Source: Gaiellaceae bacterium
Lineage (GTDB): Bacteria > Actinomycetota > Thermoleophilia > Gaiellales > Gaiellaceae
Assembly: GCA_035535855.1 (NCBI GenBank)
Contig: DATLPH010000002.1
Coordinates: 1 to 48,046 of the forward strand
Length of the DNA: 48,046 nucleotides
Direction of reading: 5' to 3'
Below are positions 15,876 through 24,196 of this stretch, one piece after another (the stretch's first letter is position 1; every line of letters begins with the position of its first letter). Under the pieces are notes generated by a model that saw nothing but the letters and a program-made list of their open reading frames with translations, had not been told where the DNA came from and did no database searches. The position numbers and the translations under genes are program-made.

Positions 15876-17134
15876 TGCGCGCCTTGGTGATCTCGGACGG
15901 TGAGCACTACGCGCCCGTGGTGCGGGACGCACTGGCGGCGCTGCCCTACGAGGTCGCGGCCGTGTGGCTCGCGGGTGGCACCGAGAAGCTGCGCGGCGGC
16001 GAGGACTACGGCGTGCCCGTGGTCGACGACCTCGCCGTGGCGATCTCGGAGCTCGAGCCGGAGGTCGTGGTCGACCTCTCGGACGAGCCGGTGCTGGGGC
16101 CGCGCGAGCGCTTTCGGGTCGCGAGCACGGTGCTCGCGCTGGGGCTGCCCTACGTCGGGCCCGACTTTCGCTTCGATCCGCCCGACTTCGCTCCCTTCCC
16201 GCTGCCCGCGCTCTCGGTGATCGGGACGGGCAAGCGCGTGGGGAAGACCGCCGTCACCGGGCACGTTGCCCGCCTGCTCGCCGGCGACCGCGACGTGGTC
16301 GTCGTCGCGATGGGCCGCGGCGGCCCTCCGGAGCCGGAGGTGGCCGAGGTGCAGCCGACGCTCGAGCGCCTGCTCGAGCTCTCGCGCGAGGGCCGGCACG
16401 CGGCCTCCGACTACCTCGAGACCGCTGCCCTCGCGGGCGTGGTGACGATCGGCTGCAGGCGTTGCGGAGGAGGCCTGGCCGGCTCGCCTGGGCAGTCGAA
16501 CGTGCTCGCCGGTGCCGCGCTCGCCGCGGAGCGCGAGCCAGACCTGGTGATCTTCGACGGCAGCGGCGCTGCGATCCCGCCGGTGGAGACCGGCGCGCGC
16601 GTCCTGGTCACGAGCACCGCTCAGCCTCGCGAGATCGTGACCGGCTACCTGAACGCCTACCGGATCCTCATCTCCGACCTGGTGGTCGTCACCGGCGGGC
16701 TCGACGACGAGCTCGTGCGGGCGATCCACGACGTCAAGGAGCTGCCGGTGATCGCGGTCGAGCTCAGGCCGCGGCCCGCGGTGCCCGTCCTGGGCAAGCG
16801 CGTCGCCTACTTCTCGACCGCGCCTGCACACGCGCACGAGGCGATCGAGCGGCACCTGCACGAGGAGCTCGGAGCGGAGGTGGTGCTGGTGTCGGGCAAC
16901 CTCGCCCGCCGGGACGAGCTGCGCGCGGACCTGGCCAGGGCGGACGATGCCGAGCTCTACCTGGTGGAGATCAAGGCGGCCGCGATCGACGTCGTCGCCG
17001 AGGCTGCGCTCGAGCGCGGCGTCGAGGTGGTCTTCGCCGACAACGAGCTCGTGCCGGCCGGCGTGCACGACCTCGACACCGAGCTGATCCGGCTTGCCGA
17101 CGAGGCAGTCGCTCGAGAGACGGTCGCCCGGTGA
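15875..17134 (+). CDS. cpgS: cyclic 2,3-diphosphoglycerate synthetase homologue
   Basis: The 419-aa protein carries the blocks I recall from archaeal cDPG synthetases. These are SDGEHYAPVV, GGTEKL, DLSDEPV...RFRVAS, VIGTGKRVGKTAV, VVAMGRGGPPEPE, HAASDYLE, IGCRRCGGGLAG, DGSGAAIPPV, STAP and EIKAAAIDV...VVFADN. Confidence 0.82.
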   Translation: MRALVISDGEHYAPVVRDALAALPYEVAAVWLAGGTEKLRGGEDYGVPVVDDLAVAISELEPEVVVDLSDEPVLGPRERFRVASTVLALGLPYVGPDFRFDPPDFAPFPLPALSVIGTGKRVGKTAVTGHVARLLAGDRDVVVVAMGRGGPPEPEVAEVQPTLERLLELSREGRHAASDYLETAALAGVVTIGCRRCGGGLAGSPGQSNVLAGAALAAEREPDLVIFDGSGAAIPPVETGARVLVTSTAQPREIVTGYLNAYRILISDLVVVTGGLDDELVRAIHDVKELPVIAVELRPRPAVPVLGKRVAYFSTAPAHAHEAIERHLHEELGAEVVLVSGNLARRDELRADLARADDAELYLVEIKAAAIDVVAEAALERGVEVVFADNELVPAGVHDLDTELIRLADEAVARETVAR

Positions 17135-18045
17135 CCGACCGCCGTTTCCGCCAGCCGCTGCCGCTCGGCGGCGAGGACGGGCTGCCCTTCTCGAAGGGCC
17201 TGATGGCGCGCGCGCTGATCGCGGCCGGGCTCTCGGCCGATCGCGCCTACGAGCTCTCGCTGGCGGTGGAGGCCGACATCGTGGGCAGCGGCAGGGAGTC
17301 GATCTCGCTCGAGCGTCTCGAGGAGCTCGCCGTCGAGGCCCTCGGGCCGGAGGACGGCGCGACCGCGATGCGGAGCCTGCGGCGCTACCAGGATCTGTAC
17401 GAGCTCGACTTGCCGATCATCCTGCTCGTGGGCGGCGCGACCGGCACCGGGAAGTCCACGGTCGCCACAGACGTCGCCTACCGCCTCGGGGTAACGCGCG
17501 TGACCTCGACCGACTTCGTGCGCCAGACGATGCGCGCTTTCTTCTCGCGGGAGTTCATGCCCGCGATCCATTTCTCGAGCTTCGAGGCCGGCCGCGCGAC
17601 CGCGGACGAGGACGCCGAGGGCAGCGAGGCGGTGCTGGACGGCTTCCTCGAGCAGACGCGCGACGTGCTCGTCGGCGTCCAGGCCGCGATCGACCGCGCA
17701 CTCGAGGAGGGCTGGTCGGTCGTGATCGAGGGCGTGCACCTCGTGCCCGGGATGCTCCCGCGCACGATCGAGGGCGCGCTCGTCGTGCAGTGCGTGCTCG
17801 CGATCTCCGATGCGGAGGCGCACGCGAGCCACTTCTGGATTCGAGACAACGACTCCGAAGGCGTGCGGCCCTACGAGAAGTACCTCGAGGCGTTCGACGA
17901 CATCCGGCTCGTCCAGGCGTACATCCTGGGTCGCGCGCAAAAGCACGACGTGCCGGTGATCGAGAACGGCGACATCGAGGACGCGATCGGCAAGGTGATG
18001 GAGCTCGTGCTCCAGGCCGCCGAGCCGCTGCAGGTGAGCCCGTGA
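17131..18045 (+). CDS. 2-phosphoglycerate kinase homologue (COG2074-like)
   Basis: The GTG at 17131 forms a GTGA overlap with cpgS. An N-terminal ATP-cone-like segment is followed by a P-loop (LLVGGATGTGKSTVATDVAYRLGVTRVTSTDFVRQTMR) and VIEGVHLVPG. Confidence 0.8.
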   Translation: MTDRRFRQPLPLGGEDGLPFSKGLMARALIAAGLSADRAYELSLAVEADIVGSGRESISLERLEELAVEALGPEDGATAMRSLRRYQDLYELDLPIILLVGGATGTGKSTVATDVAYRLGVTRVTSTDFVRQTMRAFFSREFMPAIHFSSFEAGRATADEDAEGSEAVLDGFLEQTRDVLVGVQAAIDRALEEGWSVVIEGVHLVPGMLPRTIEGALVVQCVLAISDAEAHASHFWIRDNDSEGVRPYEKYLEAFDDIRLVQAYILGRAQKHDVPVIENGDIEDAIGKVMELVLQAAEPLQVSP

Positions 18046-19055
18046 CCCAGACGCAGCCCGAGAAGCCGCAGGCAGGCACGGCGCCCGAGGCGCGCTTTTG
18101 CCTCTGCGAGAGCTACGCGCGGGTGACCGAGCGGTCGGCAATGGCCGGAGCGCGGTGGCTCGGCCGGGCCGACCAGGAAACCGCAGAGGAGGACGCCTCA
18201 ACCGCGATGCGCCTCGCGCTGGAGCAGCTGCCGATCGACGGGCAGATCGTGATCGGTGCGGGCGGCGAGGGCGGCCAGCTCGCAGGTGGCACGAAGGTCG
18301 GCGCCGGGGGAACGGAGGTCGATCTCGCGCTCGACCCGCTCGAAGGGCGCGGCGTCGTCGCGCGAGGCGGCTACGGGGCGATGGCCATGGTGGCGATCGG
18401 CGACCCCGGCTCGTTCCAGCGGCTTCCGGACATGTACATGCGCAAGATGGCGGTCGGGCCCAAGGCGCGAGGCGCGATCGACCTCGGCAAGCCGGTGGGC
18501 GACAATATCCGCGCGATTGCCGACGCCTTCGGGCGGATGGTCAACGACGTGACGACGATCGTGCTCGACCGGCCGCGGCACCACGACCTAATCGAGGAGA
18601 TTCGGGCCGCGGGCGCGCGCATCAAGCTGATCCAGGATGGTGACGTGACGGCCTCGATCTCGGCCGCGATCCGCGGGACGAACGACCACCTCTCGGTCGG
18701 GATCGGCGGCACGCGCCAGGCGGTGCTGACGGCCGCGGCGCTCCGCTGCCTGGGCGGCGAGCTGCAGGCGCAGCTCTGGCCGACCTCGCGCAGCGAGGTC
18801 GAGGCGGCGAAGGAGGCGGGCGTCGAGGACCTGGAGCGGCTCTTCACGATCGAGGACCTGGCACCCGGCGAGGTGATCATGGTCGCGACCGGCGTCTCGA
18901 ACGGCGACCTGCTGCGCGGCGTGCGCTTCCTTGCCGACAGCGCGCGAACGCACTCGCTCGTGATGTGCACGCGCTGCAACTGGGTCCGCTTCGTCGACGG
19001 CATCCATTTCTTCGCCCGCGAACGGCGCGAGGAAGTGCGCCTGCTCGGCTACTGA
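18042..19055 (+). CDS. glpX: class II fructose-1,6-bisphosphatase (GlpX) family protein, divergent active-site motifs
   Basis: The GTG at 18042 forms a GTGA overlap. The 337-aa protein shows strong GlpX similarity (VLDRPRHHDLIEEIRAAGARIKLIQDGDV, GIGGTRQAVLTAAALRCLGGELQAQL, ATGVSNGDLLRGV). However, VIGAGGEGGQLAGG replaces the GEGE-x-DEAPML motif, and DPLEGRG replaces DP-I/L-D/E-GT. Confidence 0.8.
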   Translation: MTQTQPEKPQAGTAPEARFCLCESYARVTERSAMAGARWLGRADQETAEEDASTAMRLALEQLPIDGQIVIGAGGEGGQLAGGTKVGAGGTEVDLALDPLEGRGVVARGGYGAMAMVAIGDPGSFQRLPDMYMRKMAVGPKARGAIDLGKPVGDNIRAIADAFGRMVNDVTTIVLDRPRHHDLIEEIRAAGARIKLIQDGDVTASISAAIRGTNDHLSVGIGGTRQAVLTAAALRCLGGELQAQLWPTSRSEVEAAKEAGVEDLERLFTIEDLAPGEVIMVATGVSNGDLLRGVRFLADSARTHSLVMCTRCNWVRFVDGIHFFARERREEVRLLGY

Positions 19056-19465
19056 TGGCGGAGGTCGTCAAGGGGAGCTGCCTCTGCGAGGGTGTGCGGT
19101 ACGAGGTCGAGCTGCCGTTCCTGCGCGCGAACCACTGTCACTGCTCGCTCTGCCGCAAGCAGTCCGGCACGTTCGGGCTCTCCCAGGGACGCGTTCCGCG
19201 CGAGCAGTTCCGCCTGCTCGAGGGCGAAGAGCTGCTGCGCGTCTACCGCCCGGAGACCGGCACGGTCGTGAAGGTCTTCTGCTCCGTGTGCGGCTCGAGC
19301 CTCTTCGGCGGTCACTGGCCCGAGGGCGACGAGGTCTCGATCCGGCTGGGCTCGCTCGACGGCGATCCCGGCATCCGGCCACAGTGGCACCAATTCGTCG
19401 ACTCGCGCGCGGTGTGGGACGAGCTCCCCGACGACGGCCTGCCGCGATACCCTGACGCTCCATGA
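19055..19465 (+). CDS. GFA (glutathione-dependent formaldehyde-activating)/CENP-V family Zn protein
   Basis: The ATG at 19055 forms a TGATG overlap. The CLCEGVRY...ANHCHCSLCRKQSG...FCSVCGS cysteine pattern is present. Confidence 0.8.
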   Translation: MAEVVKGSCLCEGVRYEVELPFLRANHCHCSLCRKQSGTFGLSQGRVPREQFRLLEGEELLRVYRPETGTVVKVFCSVCGSSLFGGHWPEGDEVSIRLGSLDGDPGIRPQWHQFVDSRAVWDELPDDGLPRYPDAP

Positions 19466-19758
19466 CACGCGATGACGTAATCGAGGCGCTCCGCTCCGTC
19501 GAGGATCCCGAGCTCGGGATGGACATCGTCGAGCTCGGCCTGGTCTACGACGCGGAGGTACAGGGTCCGAAGGTGAAGGTGATGTACAGCCTCACCTCGA
19601 TGGGCTGCCCGGCCGGTCCGCTGATCCAGCAGAACATCGAAGAGGTCGTGCGGGCCCTGCCCGAGGTCGAGGACGTCGAGACGGAGCTCACGTGGGATCC
19701 CCCGTGGACGCCGGAGAAGATGTCCGACGACGCGAAGTTCATCCTCGGCTTCGGCTAG
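19462..19758 (+). CDS. DUF59/SufT-like metal-sulfur cluster assembly factor
   Basis: The 98-aa ORF has an ATGA overlap. Motifs are VEDPELGMDIVELGLVY and LTSMGCPAGP. Confidence 0.85.
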   Translation: MTRDDVIEALRSVEDPELGMDIVELGLVYDAEVQGPKVKVMYSLTSMGCPAGPLIQQNIEEVVRALPEVEDVETELTWDPPWTPEKMSDDAKFILGFG

Positions 19759-20210
19759 TGCTGCGCGACGTCGTCGCGTCCGACCTCGAAGTCTTCTACG
19801 AGCACCAGCTCGATCCCGAGGCGACCGCGATGGCGCTCTTTCCCGCGCGCGACCGCGACGCTTTCGATGCGCACTGGCAGCGGGTGCTCGCCGACGACGC
19901 GGCCATCAAGAAGACGATCGAGCACGATGGCCGCGTCGTCGGGAATGTCCTCTCGTGGCGGCAAGACGGGCGCCAGCTCGTCGGCTACTGGGTCGGCCGC
20001 GAGTTCTGGGGCCAGGGCCTGGCGACGGCCGCGCTGGCGGAGCTGACGGAGGAGCTGACTACCCGCCCGCTGTACGCGTGGGTGGCGCGCAGCAACCCCG
20101 CGTCGATCCGCGTGCTCGAGAAGTGTGGCTTCGTCGAGGTGGATTCGCGCGCGGAGCACGACGAGCGTCTGGGCGTCGTCGTCGAGGAGGTCCTGCTCGA
20201 GCTCGAGTGA
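19758..20210 (+). CDS. GNAT-family N-acetyltransferase
   Basis: The GTG at 19758 forms a TAGTG overlap. The YWVGREFWGQGLATAALAEL acetyl-CoA-binding motif and NPASIRVLEKCGF are present. Confidence 0.8.
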   Translation: MLRDVVASDLEVFYEHQLDPEATAMALFPARDRDAFDAHWQRVLADDAAIKKTIEHDGRVVGNVLSWRQDGRQLVGYWVGREFWGQGLATAALAELTEELTTRPLYAWVARSNPASIRVLEKCGFVEVDSRAEHDERLGVVVEEVLLELE

Positions 20211-20241
20211 GCGGGCGTTGGCCGGAGGCGGCGAACGTGGT

Positions 20242-20478
20242 ATGACCCGCGTGATGACATTTTTCGCTCGGCTGTTCGGCTGGCTCAGGCGCACGCCTCA
20301 GCAGCCGGTGCTGGGCGAGGAGGACGCCTACAAGCGCTGCCACGGCGAGCGCGTGACTGAGATCGTCGTGATCCCGGTGCCGCCGCCCATGCCGAGGGTG
20401 CTGCCGAAGCTGCGGGGTGACTACCTGCAGCGCTGCTTCGAGGAGCGTCTCGAAGCCCGTCGCGCGCTGCACCACTAG
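20242..20478 (+). CDS. hypothetical small protein (78 aa)
   Basis: It has an ATG start and high GC3. I recognise no family. The ORF-track N-terminal extension overlaps the GNAT gene and looks spurious. Confidence 0.5.
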   Translation: MTRVMTFFARLFGWLRRTPQQPVLGEEDAYKRCHGERVTEIVVIPVPPPMPRVLPKLRGDYLQRCFEERLEARRALHH

Positions 20479-20480
20479 CC

Positions 20481-21440
20481 CTACGGGATCGAGAGCACGA
20501 TCTTGCCGAACTGCTCTCCGGCTTCCATCCGCTCGTGCGCGGCGCGGGCCTCCTCCAGCGGGTAGACCGAGTCCACCACCGGCTTCGCGCGGCCGCTCTT
20601 GACCAGCTCGTAGGCAGCCTCGAAGTCCTCTCGCGTGCCCATCGTCGAGCCGAGGATCGACAGCTGCTTCCACCAGATGCGATGCAGCGCCGCGGGCGGG
20701 TTCGGTCCGGAGGTCGCGCCGCAGACGGCGATGCGCCCGCCCGAGCGCGCCGCCTGGATCGAGGTCTGCCAGGTCGCCTCGCCGACGTGCTCGAGCACCA
20801 CCTCGACACCGGCGCCGCCGGTGGCCTCCTTCACGGCCTCGCGCACCTCGCCCGTCGCGTGGTTCACCGTCGCGTCCGCGCCGAGCGCCGTCGCCCGCTC
20901 GAGCTTCTCGTCGCTCGAGGAGGTGACGAGCGCCTTCGCCCCGAGCGCCTTCGCGATCGCCAGGCCGGCGGTGGCTACGCCGCTGCCGATCCCCCAGAGC
21001 AGGACCCACTCGCCCTCGCGCAGCCGGGCGCGGGTGACCAGCAGGCGGTACGCGGTCTCGAAGACGAGCGGGAACGCCGCCGCGTCCTCGAACGAGATCT
21101 CGTCCGGAAGCGGGTAGACGTTCGTCTCCGGGACTGCGACGAGCTCCGCGTGCGTGCCGTCCATGTGCTCGCCGACGACGCTGATCTGTTCGCCGTGCTC
21201 GATGCCCGGGTTGATCACGACACGCTCGCCGGTGTCCTCCCGGATGCCTGCCCCGTCCGCGCCGAGGATCCGCGGCTTGGGCACCGAAGGAAGGCCCTTG
21301 CGGACCCAGAGGTCGAGGTGATTGAGCGAGGCGGCGCGCAGACGGACGAGCACCTCACCCGGGCCGGGCTCGGGATCGGGAGCGTCCTCGTAGCGCAGAA
21401 CATCGGGCCCGCCGTCCTCGTGGATCCGAATTGCCTTCAT
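20481..21440 (-). CDS. zinc-type alcohol dehydrogenase/quinone oxidoreductase (MDR superfamily)
   Basis: The real start is MKAIRIHEDGGPDVLRYED (ATG at 21440), giving 319 aa. The track's 131-aa N-terminal extension is antisense to queG. Confidence 0.88.
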   Translation of the reverse strand: MKAIRIHEDGGPDVLRYEDAPDPEPGPGEVLVRLRAASLNHLDLWVRKGLPSVPKPRILGADGAGIREDTGERVVINPGIEHGEQISVVGEHMDGTHAELVAVPETNVYPLPDEISFEDAAAFPLVFETAYRLLVTRARLREGEWVLLWGIGSGVATAGLAIAKALGAKALVTSSSDEKLERATALGADATVNHATGEVREAVKEATGGAGVEVVLEHVGEATWQTSIQAARSGGRIAVCGATSGPNPPAALHRIWWKQLSILGSTMGTREDFEAAYELVKSGRAKPVVDSVYPLEEARAAHERMEAGEQFGKIVLSIP

Positions 21441-21458
21441 CCGGGCACAATCTCCCAC

Positions 21459-22403
21459 ATGCAGGCCGGAGACCTTGCGCTGCTGGCCGAGGAGCTCGGC
21501 CTCGACGCCGTCGGGGCGGCTCCGGTCGCGCCATACGACGAGACGGAGCGGCACATCCGCGAGCGCCGCGCCCGGGGGCTGTTCGCGGACATGCGCTTCA
21601 CGATGGCGCGGCCCGAGGTGTCGTGTCATCCGGAGACGCTGCTCGAGGGCGCGCGCACGGTCGTGTCGGCGGCGCTCTGCTACTGGGCCGACGGCGACGA
21701 GCCGCCGCCGGGCCACGGACGGCTCCCGCGCTACACCTGGTGGGACGCCTACTCGGCGCTGCGGGAGCGCCTCGACGAGCTCGGCCGGCGGCTGGGCGGC
21801 CGCTATCGCGTATTGGTCGACGCGAACCAGCACGTCGACCGCGAAGCCGCTGCCCGGTCCGGAGTCGGCTTCTACGGCAAGAACACGATGCTGATCACCC
21901 GGCGCTTCGGCTCCTGGGTCGTGCTCGGCACGCTCGTCACGACCGCCGAGCTCGAGGCGACGCCTCCGCTCGACGCGGGCTGCGGCTCCTGCACGCTCTG
22001 CATCGACGCGTGCCCGACCGACGCGCTAGCGGAGGCGGGAGTGCTCGACGCGACGAGGTGCCTCTCGTACTGGACGCAATCCGCGGATCCGTTTCCGGAG
22101 GAGTACCGCGAGGCCCTCGGCGACCGCGTCTACGGCTGCGACATCTGCCAGGACGTCTGTCCCTGGAACCGCGGAGTGGAGAAGCGGCGGGCGGGGCAGC
22201 CGCCCCCACCGGGTGCGGAACCGCACGTCTCGCTCGTGGACTGGCTCGAGGCGGACGACGAGGAGCTCGCGAGCCGCTACGACAGGCTGTTCGTCCCGCA
22301 CAACGACCCGCGCTACCTGCGCAGGAACGCGCTCGTCGCGCTCGAGAACATCCTGCGAGAACACGCCGAGTGGGCGCTCGCGCAAGTCGGAGACCCGGCG
22401 TGA
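21459..22403 (+). CDS. queG: epoxyqueuosine reductase
   Basis: The start is ATG at 21459. Motifs are GFYGKNTMLI, two 4Fe-4S motifs (CGSCTLCIDACP, CDICQDVCPWN) and RCLSYWTQ. Confidence 0.88.
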   Translation: MQAGDLALLAEELGLDAVGAAPVAPYDETERHIRERRARGLFADMRFTMARPEVSCHPETLLEGARTVVSAALCYWADGDEPPPGHGRLPRYTWWDAYSALRERLDELGRRLGGRYRVLVDANQHVDREAAARSGVGFYGKNTMLITRRFGSWVVLGTLVTTAELEATPPLDAGCGSCTLCIDACPTDALAEAGVLDATRCLSYWTQSADPFPEEYREALGDRVYGCDICQDVCPWNRGVEKRRAGQPPPPGAEPHVSLVDWLEADDEELASRYDRLFVPHNDPRYLRRNALVALENILREHAEWALAQVGDPA

Positions 22404-24196
22404 ACGGCGAGCTCAAGCGCCTGCGCGACGTCGAGCGCTGGATCGGCTGGGTCCGTCTCGGCGCAGTGCCCTTCGCGATCTTCCAGGTCGCGATCGGCCG
22501 CAACTATCCCGGCGACTACCGCCTCTGGGCATGGGTCACGACGGGTCTCCTCGCGGTCGGCACTCTGCTCATCTTCTGGCTCTCGCGCCGCGACTGGCCC
22601 AAGGCGTCGCTGAAGCGGCTCGGCTTTGCAGCGCTGACCTTCGACTTCGCGATCGTCTCCGCGTACACGCTGATCTACAGCTTCGAGCCGAGCTCGCCCA
22701 TCCGGCAGCTGATGTACCTGCCGCTCGTCGAGGCGGCGCTGCGCTACGGAATTCGTGGCGCCCTCGTCGTGGTGGTCGCGAGCGCGCCGGTGATGGTTGC
22801 CTTCGAGTGGCTGCGTGAGCGGCGCCTCGCACCCCGGAGCTACCACCTCGACTACGTCACATTGCAACTCGGGCTCGAGGTGCTGCTGGGCCTGATCGTC
22901 GGCTGGCTGATGCTGCGCCTGCTGGGCCAGACGACGGTCGCCGAGTCGCGCGCGGCCGAGTCCGAGCGCTTACGCGACCAGCTCGGCCGCCGAGCGGACG
23001 TGCTCGAGGCCGCGAACCGCTGCGCGCGGGCGCTCAGCTCCTCGCTCGAGCTCGACCAGGCCTTCGACGCGTTCATCCGCGAGGTGCGCGGCCTGATGCC
23101 CTTCGACCGCATCGCGATCGTGCTGAGCGAGAACGGCATCGCGCAAGTGATGGCCGTCGCAGGGGCCGGCGCCGAGGATGTCCTGCCGCCGGGCTCGGGC
23201 CGGCCGATCCACGGGACGCTGCTGGAGGAGCTGCTGCGGACGAACCACACGGTCTACCGCAAGGACATGGCCGCGGCCGACTACCCGGAGGAAGACGAGT
23301 TCCTCGCACTAGGCCTGCGCTGCCGCCTCGCGACATCGCTCCTCCAGGGTGCGAGGTCGATCGGCATGCTCTCGCTCGTCAGGCGCGAGCCCGACTCGTT
23401 CACCGTCGAGGAGATCGAGCTCGCCGGACTCCTCGGGCGGCTCGTGGCCAGCGCGGTCCAGAACATCAGCGCCTACGAGGCCGAGCGCAAGACCGTCGAG
23501 GAGCTCCGCCGGCTCTCAGCACTGCGCGCCGACTTCGTCTCGCTCGTCTCGCACGAGCTGCGCACGCCGATGGCGGCGGTGATCGGCGCGGCGCGCACCC
23601 TCCAGCAACGCTGGCGCGAGCTGTCCGCCGACCAGCGCGAGTCGTTCCTCGAGCTGATCGCGAGCGAAACCGGAAGGCTGGCGGACCTGATCACGGACGT
23701 CCTCGACACCTCGCGGATCGAGGCCGGCACGTTCAGCTTCCGCTTCGCCGACGTCGACATCGGCCAGCTCGTGCGCGACGCCGTTGCCACCGCGCAGGTG
23801 GGCCAGGACGAGGTGCGGCTGCTGGCGCAGGTACAGGACCCGCTGCCGGACGTGCGCGGCGACGCCGAGCGCCTGCGCCAGGTCCTGACGAACCTGATCG
23901 ACAACGCGATCAAGTACTCGACGGCCGGCGGAGACGTCGAGGTGCGCGCGTATCCCGAGGACGGCCGCGTCTACATCGACGTCCGCGACCACGGGCCCGG
24001 GATCGCCAAGGAAGACCAGCGGCTGATCTTCGAGAAGTTCGGCCGGGTCACGAGCACCGGCACGACGCTGCCGGGAACCGGTCTCGGCCTGTTCATCGCC
24101 CGCTCGATCGCCGAGGCCCACGGAGGCGGGCTAGAGGTCGACTCCGCGCCCAACCAGGGCGCGACCTTCACCCTCGAGATCCCGATCGGCGGCTAG
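22400..24196 (+). CDS. membrane sensor histidine kinase with GAF domain
   Basis: The GTG at 22400 forms a GTGA overlap with queG. About 5-6 N-terminal TM helices and a GAF-like region are followed by an H-box (SLVSHELRTPM), an N-box (LTNLIDNAIKYS) and G-boxes (DHGPGI, GTGLGL). Confidence 0.88.
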   Translation: MNGELKRLRDVERWIGWVRLGAVPFAIFQVAIGRNYPGDYRLWAWVTTGLLAVGTLLIFWLSRRDWPKASLKRLGFAALTFDFAIVSAYTLIYSFEPSSPIRQLMYLPLVEAALRYGIRGALVVVVASAPVMVAFEWLRERRLAPRSYHLDYVTLQLGLEVLLGLIVGWLMLRLLGQTTVAESRAAESERLRDQLGRRADVLEAANRCARALSSSLELDQAFDAFIREVRGLMPFDRIAIVLSENGIAQVMAVAGAGAEDVLPPGSGRPIHGTLLEELLRTNHTVYRKDMAAADYPEEDEFLALGLRCRLATSLLQGARSIGMLSLVRREPDSFTVEEIELAGLLGRLVASAVQNISAYEAERKTVEELRRLSALRADFVSLVSHELRTPMAAVIGAARTLQQRWRELSADQRESFLELIASETGRLADLITDVLDTSRIEAGTFSFRFADVDIGQLVRDAVATAQVGQDEVRLLAQVQDPLPDVRGDAERLRQVLTNLIDNAIKYSTAGGDVEVRAYPEDGRVYIDVRDHGPGIAKEDQRLIFEKFGRVTSTGTTLPGTGLGLFIARSIAEAHGGGLEVDSAPNQGATFTLEIPIGG

